Shown here piece after piece: positions 27,318 to 36,315 of a stretch of DNA of 64,000 nt. Under the pieces are notes generated by a model. The model had not been told where the DNA came from. It was given only the letters and a program-made list of their open reading frames with translations, and made no database searches. Numbering within the stretch: position 1 is the first letter of the stretch; each line of letters begins with the position of its first letter. Source of the stretch: Ostreococcus lucimarinus (Eukaryota); NCBI GenBank assembly GCA_000092065.1, contig CP000583.1. One strand, written 5' to 3'. The position numbers and the translations under genes are program-made.

Positions 27318-29231
27318 ATGGCAGGCGGTGTTGCGGTGGCGTCGGGAGAGATCCGGCACGGCGATAGGGTCTTCAGTGGGAACTCTGGCCCCGCGCAGCG
27401 CGAACAACCCATAAACAAAGAACTCATCGCGCACTTCAAAAGCAAGGGAGACAGTGTGTCCTGGGGCATCGCTGCAAGCATAGAGAACTACGAGGAGGAT
27501 ACGAAGAGGCCAGTGTTGTCGGGCGCATGCATCGCGTCGCTCTACGACCAAGAGACCGAGCGCGAGTTGGCAGAGGAGGTGGAGAACAGAATTGAGCGGG
27601 TGCTAAGCGACGACGCAGCCTTGTTGAAAATACGTCGATATTTGAAGACCTTCCACGCGGACGAGCGCGAATGGGATGTGAGAACGTGTGCAGCGGCGGC
27701 TCGAGGGGGCAACTTGGAGTGTTTGAAATATCTGCACGAGCACGGGTGCGCGTGGGATAAGAGTGCGTGTGAAGCGGCGGCTCAAGGTGACCACTTGGAG
27801 TGTTTGAAATATCTGCATGCGAACGGGTGCACATGCGATGAGAGTGCGTGTTTAGCAGCGGCTGAAGGTGGTCACTTGGAGTGTTTGAAATATCTGCACG
27901 AGCACGGGTACCCATGGAGTGAGTGGGTGAGTTTAGCAGCGGCCGAAGGCGGTCACTTGGAGTGTTTGAAATATCTGCACGAGCACGGGTGCGTATGGAA
28001 TAAGAAAACGTGTCGAGCAGCGGCTCGAGGTGGCGACTTGGAGTGTTTGAAATATCTGCACGAGCACGGGTGCGCGTGGGATGAGAGTGCGTGTGAAGCG
28101 GCGGCTCGATGTGGTCATTTGGAGTGTTTGAAATATCTGCATGAGCACGGGTGCCCGTGCGATGAGAGTGCGTGTGAAGCGGCGGCTAGCTGTGGCGACT
28201 TGGAGTTTTTGAAAGACCTGCACGAGCACGGGTGCCCATGGGATGAGAGTGCGTGTGAAGCGGCGGCTCTAGGTGGTCACTTGGAGTGTTTGAAATATCT
28301 GCACGAGCACGGGTGCGTATGGAATAAGAAAACGTGTCGAGCAGCGGCTCGAGGTGGCGACTTGGAGTGTTTGAAATATCTGCACGAGCACGGGTGCGCG
28401 TGGGATAAGAGTGCGTGTTCTGCAGCGGCTGGACGCGGTCACTTGGAGTGTTTGAAATATCTGCACGAGCACGGGTACCCATGGAGTGAGTGGGTGAGTT
28501 TAGCAGCGGCCGAAGGCGGTCACTTGGAGTGTTTGAAATATCTGCACGAGCACGGGTGCGTATGGAATAAGAAAACGTGTCGAGCAGCGGCTCGAGGTGG
28601 CGACTTGGAGTGTTTGAAATATCTGCACGAGCACGGGTGCCCGTGCGATGAGAGTGCGTGTGAAGCGGCGGCTAGCTGTGGCGACTTGGAGTTTTTGAAA
28701 GACCTGCACGAGCACGGGTGCCCATGGGATGAGAGTGCGTGTGAAGCGGCGGCTCTAGGTGGTCACTTGGAGTGTTTGAAATATCTGCACGAGCACGGGT
28801 GCGTATGGAATAAGAAAACGTGTCGAGCAGCGGCTCGAGGTGGCGACTTGGAGTGTTTGAAATATCTGCACGAGCACGGGTGCCCGTGCGATGAGAGTGC
28901 GTGTGAAGCGGCGGCTAGCTGTGGCGACTTGGAGTGTTTGAAATATCTGCGCGAGCACGGGTGCCCGTGCGATGAGAGTGCGTGTGAAGCGGCGGCTCTA
29001 GGTGGTCACTTGGAGTTTTTGAAAGACCTGCATGAGCACGGGTGCGCATGGGATAAGAGTGCGTGTTCTGCAGCGGCTCGAGGTGGTCACTCGGAGTGCT
29101 TGAAGTACTTGCACACGCACGGGTGCCCCGGGAATAAGCGTGCGTCTGAAGCGGCGGCTGGAGGTGACGTCATGGAGTGTTTGAGTTTGAAGTACTTGCA
29201 TAGATCGCTCAAACGAAAGATTTACAGGTAG
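27318..29231 (+). CDS. protein composed of about 17 tandem 30-aa ankyrin-like repeats (LECLKYLHEHGC.WD.S.C.AAA.GGH)
   Basis: ATG verified at 27318. After a 130-aa unique N-term the ORF is an in-frame 90-bp tandem array. The repeat class resembles the short ankyrin-type repeats common in protists and giant viruses. Confidence 0.65.
   Translation: MAGGVAVASGEIRHGDRVFSGNSGPAQREQPINKELIAHFKSKGDSVSWGIAASIENYEEDTKRPVLSGACIASLYDQETERELAEEVENRIERVLSDDAALLKIRRYLKTFHADEREWDVRTCAAAARGGNLECLKYLHEHGCAWDKSACEAAAQGDHLECLKYLHANGCTCDESACLAAAEGGHLECLKYLHEHGYPWSEWVSLAAAEGGHLECLKYLHEHGCVWNKKTCRAAARGGDLECLKYLHEHGCAWDESACEAAARCGHLECLKYLHEHGCPCDESACEAAASCGDLEFLKDLHEHGCPWDESACEAAALGGHLECLKYLHEHGCVWNKKTCRAAARGGDLECLKYLHEHGCAWDKSACSAAAGRGHLECLKYLHEHGYPWSEWVSLAAAEGGHLECLKYLHEHGCVWNKKTCRAAARGGDLECLKYLHEHGCPCDESACEAAASCGDLEFLKDLHEHGCPWDESACEAAALGGHLECLKYLHEHGCVWNKKTCRAAARGGDLECLKYLHEHGCPCDESACEAAASCGDLECLKYLREHGCPCDESACEAAALGGHLEFLKDLHEHGCAWDKSACSAAARGGHSECLKYLHTHGCPGNKRASEAAAGGDVMECLSLKYLHRSLKRKIYR
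27688..29200 (+). repeat. 90-bp coding tandem array (about 17 copies, most over 90 percent identical) with a 540-bp higher-order repeat
   Basis: Identical 60-90 nt strings recur at 90-bp spacing. For example 'gggtacccatggagtgagtgggtgagtttagcagcggccgaaggcggtcacttggagtgtttg' occurs at 27903 and 28443. Antisense ORFs of identical sequence (27933-28229 vs 28500-28715) confirm this. Confidence 0.85.
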
Positions 29232-29254
29232 CGGAAAAATTACGCGAATTGAAA

Positions 29255-30193
29255 TCAAATACCTACGAAATCGGCGTACGCCGGACAGAGCCTACGACAG
29301 TGGCGAAATAAACGCATCGCTTCCATGGCGTCGCCCGAGGTCTCCGCGTCCACGGCGCGCTTGTGCAGGGCGTACGCCTCGGCGCCGACGGCGTCGGCGA
29401 ACGCCGGCGGCTCGCGAGCGTACATGACGTCGGTGCGAATGATGAATTTCACCGCGCCCTCGCCCACGGGCGCGCCCTCGTGCGGAATGTCTTGTCGAAA
29501 CACCAGAGCAGTGCCTCGCGCGCACGGCGCGGCGTCGGCGATCCATTCATCCGGCCAACGGTATCGATCGTCCTCGTCGCGCACGAATTTCGACGGCTCA
29601 AAGTCGCTCGGCGGCGCGAACATCGACGTCTCCCCACCTCGCGCGCAATCGTTCAGGTACACCAAGACGCTATAAAACGAACGCGTATTGAAATCTTCGA
29701 TCGTCGCCCCGTCGGTGTGCGGTGAAAAGTGCCCGCGTCCAGAGTATCGATTAAACAACAAGTGTTCGTTCACGCCTCGCGCCACCCATCGTCCGCGCGC
29801 CCCCGCGCCGTGCGTCTCATCCTCCTCAATCGTGATCTCCGGCGTCGCGTGCGGTTTCAATCGCGCCCACAGCGCTTCCGCGACCGTCTTCGACATCACC
29901 TCCACCGTATCCGCGTTCCTGAACGATTTTCTATTCCTCGCCTCCGCGTCCTCGTGCCAAAAGCTCAACCGTCCCGACCGCCGCGCGGCGTCCACCAGCC
30001 TTTCGCACTCCGTCGCCGTCAGCACGTCCCGCGCGACGAACGCATCGAGCGGGCTCGCGCACCTTCGCGCGCTCGTCGTCGCTTCGTCACCGCGTCGCTC
30101 GACCGCGTCGTCGAACGGTTTCGCGTCTTCGGCGCACGCCTTCTCCACGGGCGTCACCGCGCTCTTATCGACGTCCACGAACGCGCGCGACAT
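29255..30193 (-). CDS. prolyl 4-hydroxylase-like 2OG-Fe(II) oxygenase
   Basis: ATG verified at 30191-30193. 'HTDGATIEDFNTRSFYSVLVYLNDCARGGETSMF' is the P4Hc HxD...YLND..GGET signature; a distal His in 'PHEG' follows. The longer ORF-track version (to 30580) is antisense to the ABA4 gene and rejected. Confidence 0.6.
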   Translation of the reverse strand: MSRAFVDVDKSAVTPVEKACAEDAKPFDDAVERRGDEATTSARRCASPLDAFVARDVLTATECERLVDAARRSGRLSFWHEDAEARNRKSFRNADTVEVMSKTVAEALWARLKPHATPEITIEEDETHGAGARGRWVARGVNEHLLFNRYSGRGHFSPHTDGATIEDFNTRSFYSVLVYLNDCARGGETSMFAPPSDFEPSKFVRDEDDRYRWPDEWIADAAPCARGTALVFRQDIPHEGAPVGEGAVKFIIRTDVMYAREPPAFADAVGAEAYALHKRAVDAETSGDAMEAMRLFRHCRRLCPAYADFVGI

Positions 30194-30323
30194 CGCCTCG
30201 ACGACGGCGTCGACGACGGTCGCGTCGCCGCCGCCGTCGTCGCCGCCGCGCGCGTCGACGCTCGACCGTTCGGTCGACCGTTCGCGGCGCGGCGCGGCGA
30301 GCTGTGCGGCACTGTCGAGCGCG

Positions 30324-31016
30324 ATGGAACGCGTCGCGCGCGCGTCGTCGCGCGCGGCGACGGTCGGGGCGTCGCGTGCGGGGACGGGGAACGCGCGCGC
30401 GACGACGGCGTCGCGCGGCGCGCGCGCGACGACGGCGCGGCGCGCGCCGGCGGCGGCGTTTCTTTCGTCGGTGTCTCGAAAGTGTCGTCGCGGAAGGACG
30501 ACGACGACGGGAGCGCTGGCGATTCCGGACACCGCGTTCACGGTGGCGACGATGGCGGTGATGCCGATGTACGCGCTCATGATCGCGAGCCCGCGGTCGA
30601 AGCGCGTGCTCGCGATGGTGGAGTCGAAGGCGTTGTTTTGGGTGCTCGGAGCGTGTTATCTGTGCGCGGCGGGGGCGTCGTTGGCCTCGGCGCACGTGTT
30701 CGACGCGGCGAGAGCGGTGCTGAATGATCGTTCAGCGCCTTTGGTGACGAAATTCGTGACGCTGGTGAGCGAATTCATGGCGACGTCGGAGACGGCGGCG
30801 AGCGCGTGGGTACACCTGTTGTCGTTGGATTTCTTCGTGGCGAGATTCGTGTACTTGGATTCGGCCAAGTATAGCTCGAGCGCGGGGGATTTGGTGGCGC
30901 GGATACCGGTACGGCACTCACTTATTTTGTGCTGCATGTTCGGACCGCTCGGGCTGATTTCGCACGCGCTGACGCGGGCAATTTGGAACACGTACGTCGT
31001 CGTCGACGTGGTGTGA
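30324..31016 (+). CDS. ABA4: ABA4-like (DUF4281) plastid membrane protein involved in neoxanthin synthesis
   Basis: ATG verified at 30324. Transit-peptide-like N-term. 'TMAVMPMYALMIASPRS' and 'ASAWVHLLSLDFFVARFVY...RHSLILCCMFGPLGLISHALTRAI' align closely with my recollection of Arabidopsis ABA4 (ASAWIHLLVVDLFAARQVY...RHSVSLCLLFCPVGIVSHFVTKAI). Confidence 0.7.
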   Translation: MERVARASSRAATVGASRAGTGNARATTASRGARATTARRAPAAAFLSSVSRKCRRGRTTTTGALAIPDTAFTVATMAVMPMYALMIASPRSKRVLAMVESKALFWVLGACYLCAAGASLASAHVFDAARAVLNDRSAPLVTKFVTLVSEFMATSETAASAWVHLLSLDFFVARFVYLDSAKYSSSAGDLVARIPVRHSLILCCMFGPLGLISHALTRAIWNTYVVVDVV

Positions 31017-31091
31017 CGCGACGCCGACGACCGAAGATCGGAAGTTTGTCGAATGTATCAATACAAAAGAATGCTGTGATTTGAATTTGAA

Positions 31092-32612
31092 TTATTGCGC
31101 CTCCTCCGTAGCCTTGCGCTTGTTTGCCGCCGGCACGTTGATTTTGAACAACCCGGGATTAGCGGCGTGCGAGCTCTCGCCAGATTTGAAGTCTGCTTTC
31201 GCCGCCTTGACGAGCGCGTTGACGCGAGCGATGTAGTCGGGGATGCTAAACTTCTTCTTTGTGCTGTCGTACGCCATGTATCGAATCTTGCCGAAAACTT
31301 CGCGTTCTTTCCAACCTTGATCGTGCACGCCCACGATGGACCACATGCATCCGACGTAGCCGCTCGGATCGCGACCATCCAGCGAGTACGTGTCGTTCAA
31401 ATAAATTGCAAACTTCAACGCTTGCTCGGGCGACTCGGTCCACTCGAGAATCTTCTTCGCCCAATACATTCGACAAAAGCCGTGCATCTTACCTCCATAA
31501 CGCAACTCTCGCTGGGCGGCGTTCCACAGATCGTCGTGCGTCTTCGCCCGCTCGAGTTCTTCGAGCGAGTACAAGTACGGACGCTTGTCACTCGCATGCA
31601 GGCGAAGCGTGTCCTTGGCCCAGTCGTACTTTTGTCCCTCAATCTGATCGTACTTCGGGCTGTAGTAGCAAAAGTTGTCGGACAACTCTCGACGAACGAC
31701 GAGCTCTTCGAAGAACGACTCATACGCGGGCGGCGACGCCTTTCCGACGGCTTTCTTTGCCTCGAGCGCGCATCGCTGACCAGAAATCTGCCCAAAGTGC
31801 AGCCAAGGCGACAGCCCGCTCAGCGCCTGCGGCTTGGATGGATCGTTGCGCTTCTCGTACAACTTCATGCGTGAGTTCACAAAGTCGTCCAAAACAGCGT
31901 GCGCCGCGGTTTCGCCCGGGATCGCCCACGTCACTTCCGGCACCGCTTGCCCGCGCGACAGCGCCTCGGCGATGATGTCGTCCCACTTCACCGCGTCGAG
32001 CGCCGGGCCGCTGTACTTGGGCAAATCATCCGGCACTTCCGGGAATTCGTGCAAGAACTCCGGGTAACGCTTCGCCAAGCGCCCTCGAAGCGTCCGCGCG
32101 CCGACTTCGAGCTTGTCGCTCGCTTCCCAGCACGGCACTACGTTGTGCGCGTCGCATTCCTCGCAGTGCGCCGAGCGCGCCTCGCACAATGCCGCCAGTT
32201 CTTTCCGCCATTTCAACCCATCGCGAAGCGGCGAAAAGTCGCACACGATCGTTTTCGCACCAATCTTCTTGGCCAGCGCATCGATCGCGATCGCTGGCTC
32301 ATCCCCGTACGTCATCGCGAACGTCACGTTTTTCGCCTTCGCCGCGCCCTCCAGCTCGCGAAGTCCACGCAGCATGAACCCGAACTGTCGCGCCCCCGCG
32401 CCGAGGAACTTTGTCAGCAGATTAAACGCGATCACCACCGGCGCGTCGTTCGCGCGCGCGACGTCGCACGCGCGCAGCAGCGCCCAGTTATCTCGCACGC
32501 GTTGGTCCCTGGACAGCCAGTACACGACTGGCGCGTTCGGTCCCGCCTCGGGCTTCGTCCCGCGCGTCAGCGCGCGATAGCGCTTCTTCGACGCGCACAA
32601 CGCCGACGGCAT
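31092..32612 (-). CDS. class II CPD photolyase
   Basis: True ATG at 32610-32612; the ORF-track start 32681 is GTG. 'VVYWLSRDQRVRDNWALL', 'LSGLSPWLHFGQIS', 'MYWAKKILEWT' are class II photolyase hallmarks. Confidence 0.85.
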   Translation of the reverse strand: MPSALCASKKRYRALTRGTKPEAGPNAPVVYWLSRDQRVRDNWALLRACDVARANDAPVVIAFNLLTKFLGAGARQFGFMLRGLRELEGAAKAKNVTFAMTYGDEPAIAIDALAKKIGAKTIVCDFSPLRDGLKWRKELAALCEARSAHCEECDAHNVVPCWEASDKLEVGARTLRGRLAKRYPEFLHEFPEVPDDLPKYSGPALDAVKWDDIIAEALSRGQAVPEVTWAIPGETAAHAVLDDFVNSRMKLYEKRNDPSKPQALSGLSPWLHFGQISGQRCALEAKKAVGKASPPAYESFFEELVVRRELSDNFCYYSPKYDQIEGQKYDWAKDTLRLHASDKRPYLYSLEELERAKTHDDLWNAAQRELRYGGKMHGFCRMYWAKKILEWTESPEQALKFAIYLNDTYSLDGRDPSGYVGCMWSIVGVHDQGWKEREVFGKIRYMAYDSTKKKFSIPDYIARVNALVKAAKADFKSGESSHAANPGLFKINVPAANKRKATEEAQ

Positions 32613-32700
32613 CGCGCGCTCGAGCGTCGGCGCGCGCGCGAGGACTCGGCGTCGAGTTTTGACGCGCGCGGGCGACGTCACTCAACGCCGCGTCGCGCGC

Positions 32701-34581
32701 ATGTCGCGCGCGTTCGACGCGTGCGAGCGCGCGCGCGCGATCGCGACCGCGTCGAACGCGCCATGCGATCGGCGCGCGTCGCACCGCGCGCGCGTCGCGT
32801 CGCACCGCGCGGCGACGACGTCGCGAGACGCGGATAAAGGCGCGGAAAAGTTTGTGCCGGGGACGCTCGGATGGGGACGACGACGCGGGTCGATCGATCC
32901 GCGCGTCGATGGCGACGTGCTGGAGGACGCGCGCGCGCATGGGTACTGCGTGTACACGCACGCCGACTGGGCGCACGCGTACGTGAGCGCGGACGGTGAA
33001 CACGCGTACGAGAGCGCGTGCGCGTTCGGCGCGGCGCCGGAGGAGCTGCGCGGCGGCACGCTGTATCGCATCGGACCCGGGTTGTTTGAGCGCGAGAAGG
33101 AGTACGCGCACATGCTCGACGGTGATGGTCTAGCGCTGCGATTCAGGTTTTCTTCAGATGGCGCGTCGGTGGCGTTTACGTCGCGATTCGTTCGCACGCG
33201 CGAGTTCGCCGAGGAAGACGCCGCGGGCAAGGTGTTGTATCGAGGAACGTTCGGGACCATGCGAGAAGGAGGGATGTTGAATAATGCGTTCGATTTACAC
33301 ACGAAAAATTTAGCGAATACGAATATCGTGCGATGGGGCGGTCGCGTGCTCGCGTTGTACGAAGCAGGTCAGCCCGTGGAAGTGGACGCGGAGACGCTCG
33401 CTACAAAGGGCGTGGACGATTTAGGCGGTCGACTCGAGCCGGGACAGTACTTCACGCTCGGGTTACCGGAACCCATCGGATCGACGATCGAACGCTCTGC
33501 TGGACTTGGGGGGCGGGCGTTCACCGCACACCCGCACATTGACTCCAACACCGGATACTTGGTCGGTTGGGGATGGAAATCTCGCATCACCGCCAAGGCG
33601 GTGGAGATTTCGCTGTGGGAGTGGGATGAAGATTGGCGCGAGATGGGAAGACGCGACTACGTTATGGAGGGCTGCGAGGCCGCGCCGCACGATTTCGGTG
33701 TGACAGAAAAGTGGTACGTGATGATTCAAAATCGACTCGGCATCGATCCTCTACCGTTTCTCGTCGGGGCCAAGGGCGCGGGTGAGTGCCTGATTTCGCA
33801 GCCGCAAGAACCACTCCTCGTGCACTTGATCCCGCGCTCGACGCAGACGCCGAATGTGGCGAAACCGGTGGAACCCGTGATCGCCGAAGGGCCTCGAGAA
33901 TCGTTCGAGATACACGTGGCGCTCGCGCACGACGGGCCACCTTTGAGCCGCGGCGAGACGACGTCGGAAGATCTCGAGAACTGGGTCACCGTGTACACCG
34001 CGGGCTGGGACAAGCTTTCTCCTGGTGTGTTCCTCGGCGAGTGGGGCTCAAGCGACCCTTGGCCGTTTCCAGTGCCCACGGAGTTGAGTCCAGACTTTAA
34101 CAACATCCCGAGAACGCTGTTGTGGATGTATGAAATCAACGCCGTCACCGGGGAAGTGAAGCGTCAACCGGCGCCAGGTTGCGAAGATTTGTGCATCGAC
34201 CATCCGCACGTGTCGCCGTTATTCGAGGGCAAGCGCGCGTGTCGGTACGTGTACGCTTCGTTGAGTAACGAAGTTCGCGTCAGCGGACCGCCGCTTGGTT
34301 ACGTGCGCATCGACCTAAAGACGGGCGAATTGCAAAAGTGGTACGCGAGCAACCGAAGCTTTTGCGAAGAACCAGTCATCGTGCCGAAAGCGAACGGCGC
34401 AAACGAAGACGATGCGTGGTTGATCGGGCTGATCGCGGACCATTCGCGGGAGAACCCAGCTGGGATTTCACGAGTCGTCGTTCTTGACTGCGCCGACATA
34501 GCCGCGGGCCCGGTGTGTAGCATTCCTCTGCGCAATAGAATCCCACACGGGCTGCATGGAATGTTTGTCGGTCGAGAATGA
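32701..34581 (+). CDS. carotenoid cleavage dioxygenase (CCD/NCED, RPE65 family)
   Basis: ATG at 32701; the ORF-track start 32659 is TTG. 'HMLDGDGLALRF', 'FTAHPHIDSNTGYL', and conserved His/Glu-containing beta-propeller segments. Presequence-like N-term. Confidence 0.75.
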   Translation: MSRAFDACERARAIATASNAPCDRRASHRARVASHRAATTSRDADKGAEKFVPGTLGWGRRRGSIDPRVDGDVLEDARAHGYCVYTHADWAHAYVSADGEHAYESACAFGAAPEELRGGTLYRIGPGLFEREKEYAHMLDGDGLALRFRFSSDGASVAFTSRFVRTREFAEEDAAGKVLYRGTFGTMREGGMLNNAFDLHTKNLANTNIVRWGGRVLALYEAGQPVEVDAETLATKGVDDLGGRLEPGQYFTLGLPEPIGSTIERSAGLGGRAFTAHPHIDSNTGYLVGWGWKSRITAKAVEISLWEWDEDWREMGRRDYVMEGCEAAPHDFGVTEKWYVMIQNRLGIDPLPFLVGAKGAGECLISQPQEPLLVHLIPRSTQTPNVAKPVEPVIAEGPRESFEIHVALAHDGPPLSRGETTSEDLENWVTVYTAGWDKLSPGVFLGEWGSSDPWPFPVPTELSPDFNNIPRTLLWMYEINAVTGEVKRQPAPGCEDLCIDHPHVSPLFEGKRACRYVYASLSNEVRVSGPPLGYVRIDLKTGELQKWYASNRSFCEEPVIVPKANGANEDDAWLIGLIADHSRENPAGISRVVVLDCADIAAGPVCSIPLRNRIPHGLHGMFVGRE

Positions 34582-34624
34582 AAAGACGCCTGAATGAAAA
34601 GACGCCTACAGTAAAATTGTACTT

Positions 34625-34629
34625 TGTAA
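34625..34629 (+). promoter_or_regulatory. TGTAA poly(A)-signal-like pentamer 44 nt after CCD stop
   Basis: 'ctttgtaacaaa' lies in a 95-bp convergent spacer that also holds a TGTAA on the minus strand at 34665-34669, 7 nt after the MFS stop, and a direct repeat tgaaaagacgcct x2. Confidence 0.3.
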
Positions 34630-34676
34630 CAAAATGTTTGCTTGCGTTCGCGTAAGTTTTGGTTTTACAACATTGT

Positions 34677-36272
34677 TCACGTGTGAAGCTCGACCGCGAT
34701 CTGCTCCAATGACTTGCCTTTTGTCTCCACGACGTATGCTTGAGTGAAAAAGAACCCAAACATCGAAAACGCCGCGAAAAACATGTACACGACGCTAGCG
34801 CCGAAGTACTCCACCGCCGGTAAAAATCCCTGTCCAATGCAGAAGTTGAAGATCCAGTGCGCGAGAAAGCACAAAGACATCCCCTTCCCGCGCACGGCCG
34901 GAGCGAAAATCTCCGAAGATAGCAGACCCGGAACTGGACCGGCGCCCATGCCGAAGATGAAGACGTACGAGAGGACGGAAAACAGCGACAGCGCGGGCGC
35001 CATGACCATCGCTGGAAACGCGCCCGCGATGGCCAAACCGACGCAACTTACCGCCATACCGAGGAAAGAGTACATGAGAAGCGGTTTACGACCCGTTTTA
35101 TCGAGTAAACCGGTAGCGATGACGCTGCCTACGATGTTCACCACGCACACCGCGACGGAGGCGAGTACGCCAGATTCGATCCCGGCGCTTTGGAAGATGG
35201 CCGTGCTGAAGTAGATGATGGCGTTGATGCCGGCAAATTGTTGAATGAAGAACAGCATCGGCCCCGTAATCACGGCTCGACGATTCGAGCGCCCTTGCAG
35301 AGTCTCTTGCCACGTCGCCACCTTGGTCGATCCCATGTCGTCGGCGCGCTTCGGCGCCACGGCTCCGAATTGCTTAGACTCCACCGCGTCCGCCTCTTGA
35401 AAGTGCCCTTTGGAGCGCAACCACGACGGACTTTCCGGGATTCCGTTCGCGAGCGTCGCGAGCGCGACCGCGGGAACGGTGGCGAGCCAGAACATCGTGC
35501 GCCACCACGCGGGATCGACGTCGACGCCTTGCAAAGGCAAACCGAGAAACATGGCGACCAAAATCCCAAATCCGATGGACAGTTGCGGCCCCGATCCCAG
35601 CACCCCACGGTGCTCGGGCGGACTCAGTTCGCTCACGTACATGGGCACCAAAATCGACACCAATCCGACGCCCACGCCCACGATCGCGCGTCCGGCGAGC
35701 ATCGTCCGCAGCGTCGTCGCCGCCGCGCACGCCGCGCTTCCCAGCGCCAGCGCGACGCCCGCCAGCGCCAGCGACTTTTTCCGTCCAAATTTATCCGCCG
35801 ACGCCCCCGCGGCGAACGACCCGAACGCCGCGCCCATGAGCATGCTCGACACCACCGCTCCTTTCGCCGCGACGTCTCGCGCGATGCCGATATCGCTCGC
35901 CAGCGCCTCCAGCGCCGGATTCACGACGCCGCAGTGATACCCAAACGAAAACGCCCCGAGTGCGGCGACGGCGACCGGGAACGCCGCGCGCCGCAGCGCC
36001 TGCGACGCGCTCAGCGGTTTCGCGAGCAATCCATCGCCATCGCGCGCGTCCTCGTCGCGCGTCGCGCGCGCGCGCGGCATCGCACCGCGCGTCCCGCGGA
36101 CCGACGCGTTCGCGCGCGCGTCGCTCGAGTTCGCGCGCGGCGCGATGCGCATGCGCGACGCGCGCGCGCGCGCGACGACGGGACGCGAGACGCGCGCGCG
36201 ATGCCGCGATCGGCGCGCGCGCGCGTCGACGCGCGCGCGCGACGACGACGCCGCCGACGACGACGCGCGCAT
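34677..36272 (-). CDS. MFS sugar porter, plastidic glucose transporter (pGlcT)-like
   Basis: ATG at 36270-36272 (later ATGs possible). 12 TM helices, 'GRKKSLAL', 'PESPSWL', 'PVPGLLSSEIFAPAVRGKG' sugar-porter motifs. Arg/Ala/Ser-rich 90-aa N-terminal extension. Confidence 0.75.
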   Translation of the reverse strand: MRASSSAASSSRARVDARARRSRHRARVSRPVVARARASRMRIAPRANSSDARANASVRGTRGAMPRARATRDEDARDGDGLLAKPLSASQALRRAAFPVAVAALGAFSFGYHCGVVNPALEALASDIGIARDVAAKGAVVSSMLMGAAFGSFAAGASADKFGRKKSLALAGVALALGSAACAAATTLRTMLAGRAIVGVGVGLVSILVPMYVSELSPPEHRGVLGSGPQLSIGFGILVAMFLGLPLQGVDVDPAWWRTMFWLATVPAVALATLANGIPESPSWLRSKGHFQEADAVESKQFGAVAPKRADDMGSTKVATWQETLQGRSNRRAVITGPMLFFIQQFAGINAIIYFSTAIFQSAGIESGVLASVAVCVVNIVGSVIATGLLDKTGRKPLLMYSFLGMAVSCVGLAIAGAFPAMVMAPALSLFSVLSYVFIFGMGAGPVPGLLSSEIFAPAVRGKGMSLCFLAHWIFNFCIGQGFLPAVEYFGASVVYMFFAAFSMFGFFFTQAYVVETKGKSLEQIAVELHT

Positions 36273-36315
36273 AGTGCGGATCGACGCTCAAAAGGCGACG
36301 CGCGAAACCGGCGAC

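Noticed and set aside
27688-29200. Regular 90-bp repeat array considered as a possible CRISPR locus
   Set aside because: Units are variants of one sequence with no unique spacers. The array is in frame within a 637-aa ORF encoding ankyrin-like repeats. The genomic context is eukaryotic.
29255-30580. Longer P4H ORF with hydrophobic N-terminus (MSAYIGITAIVATVNAV...) suggesting a type-II anchor
   Set aside because: That segment is the antisense of the ABA4-like gene's transit peptide and first TM region. The first plausible ATG for P4H is 30191-30193.
32679-32681. ORF-track 'M' starts at 32681, 39441, 54150, 57111, 46718, 24544 and 36675 treated as start codons
   Set aside because: Direct reading shows these are GTG or TTG codons. 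For a eukaryotic nuclear gene only ATG is credible, so starts were moved to the first in-frame ATG (or an upstream exon for mL54).
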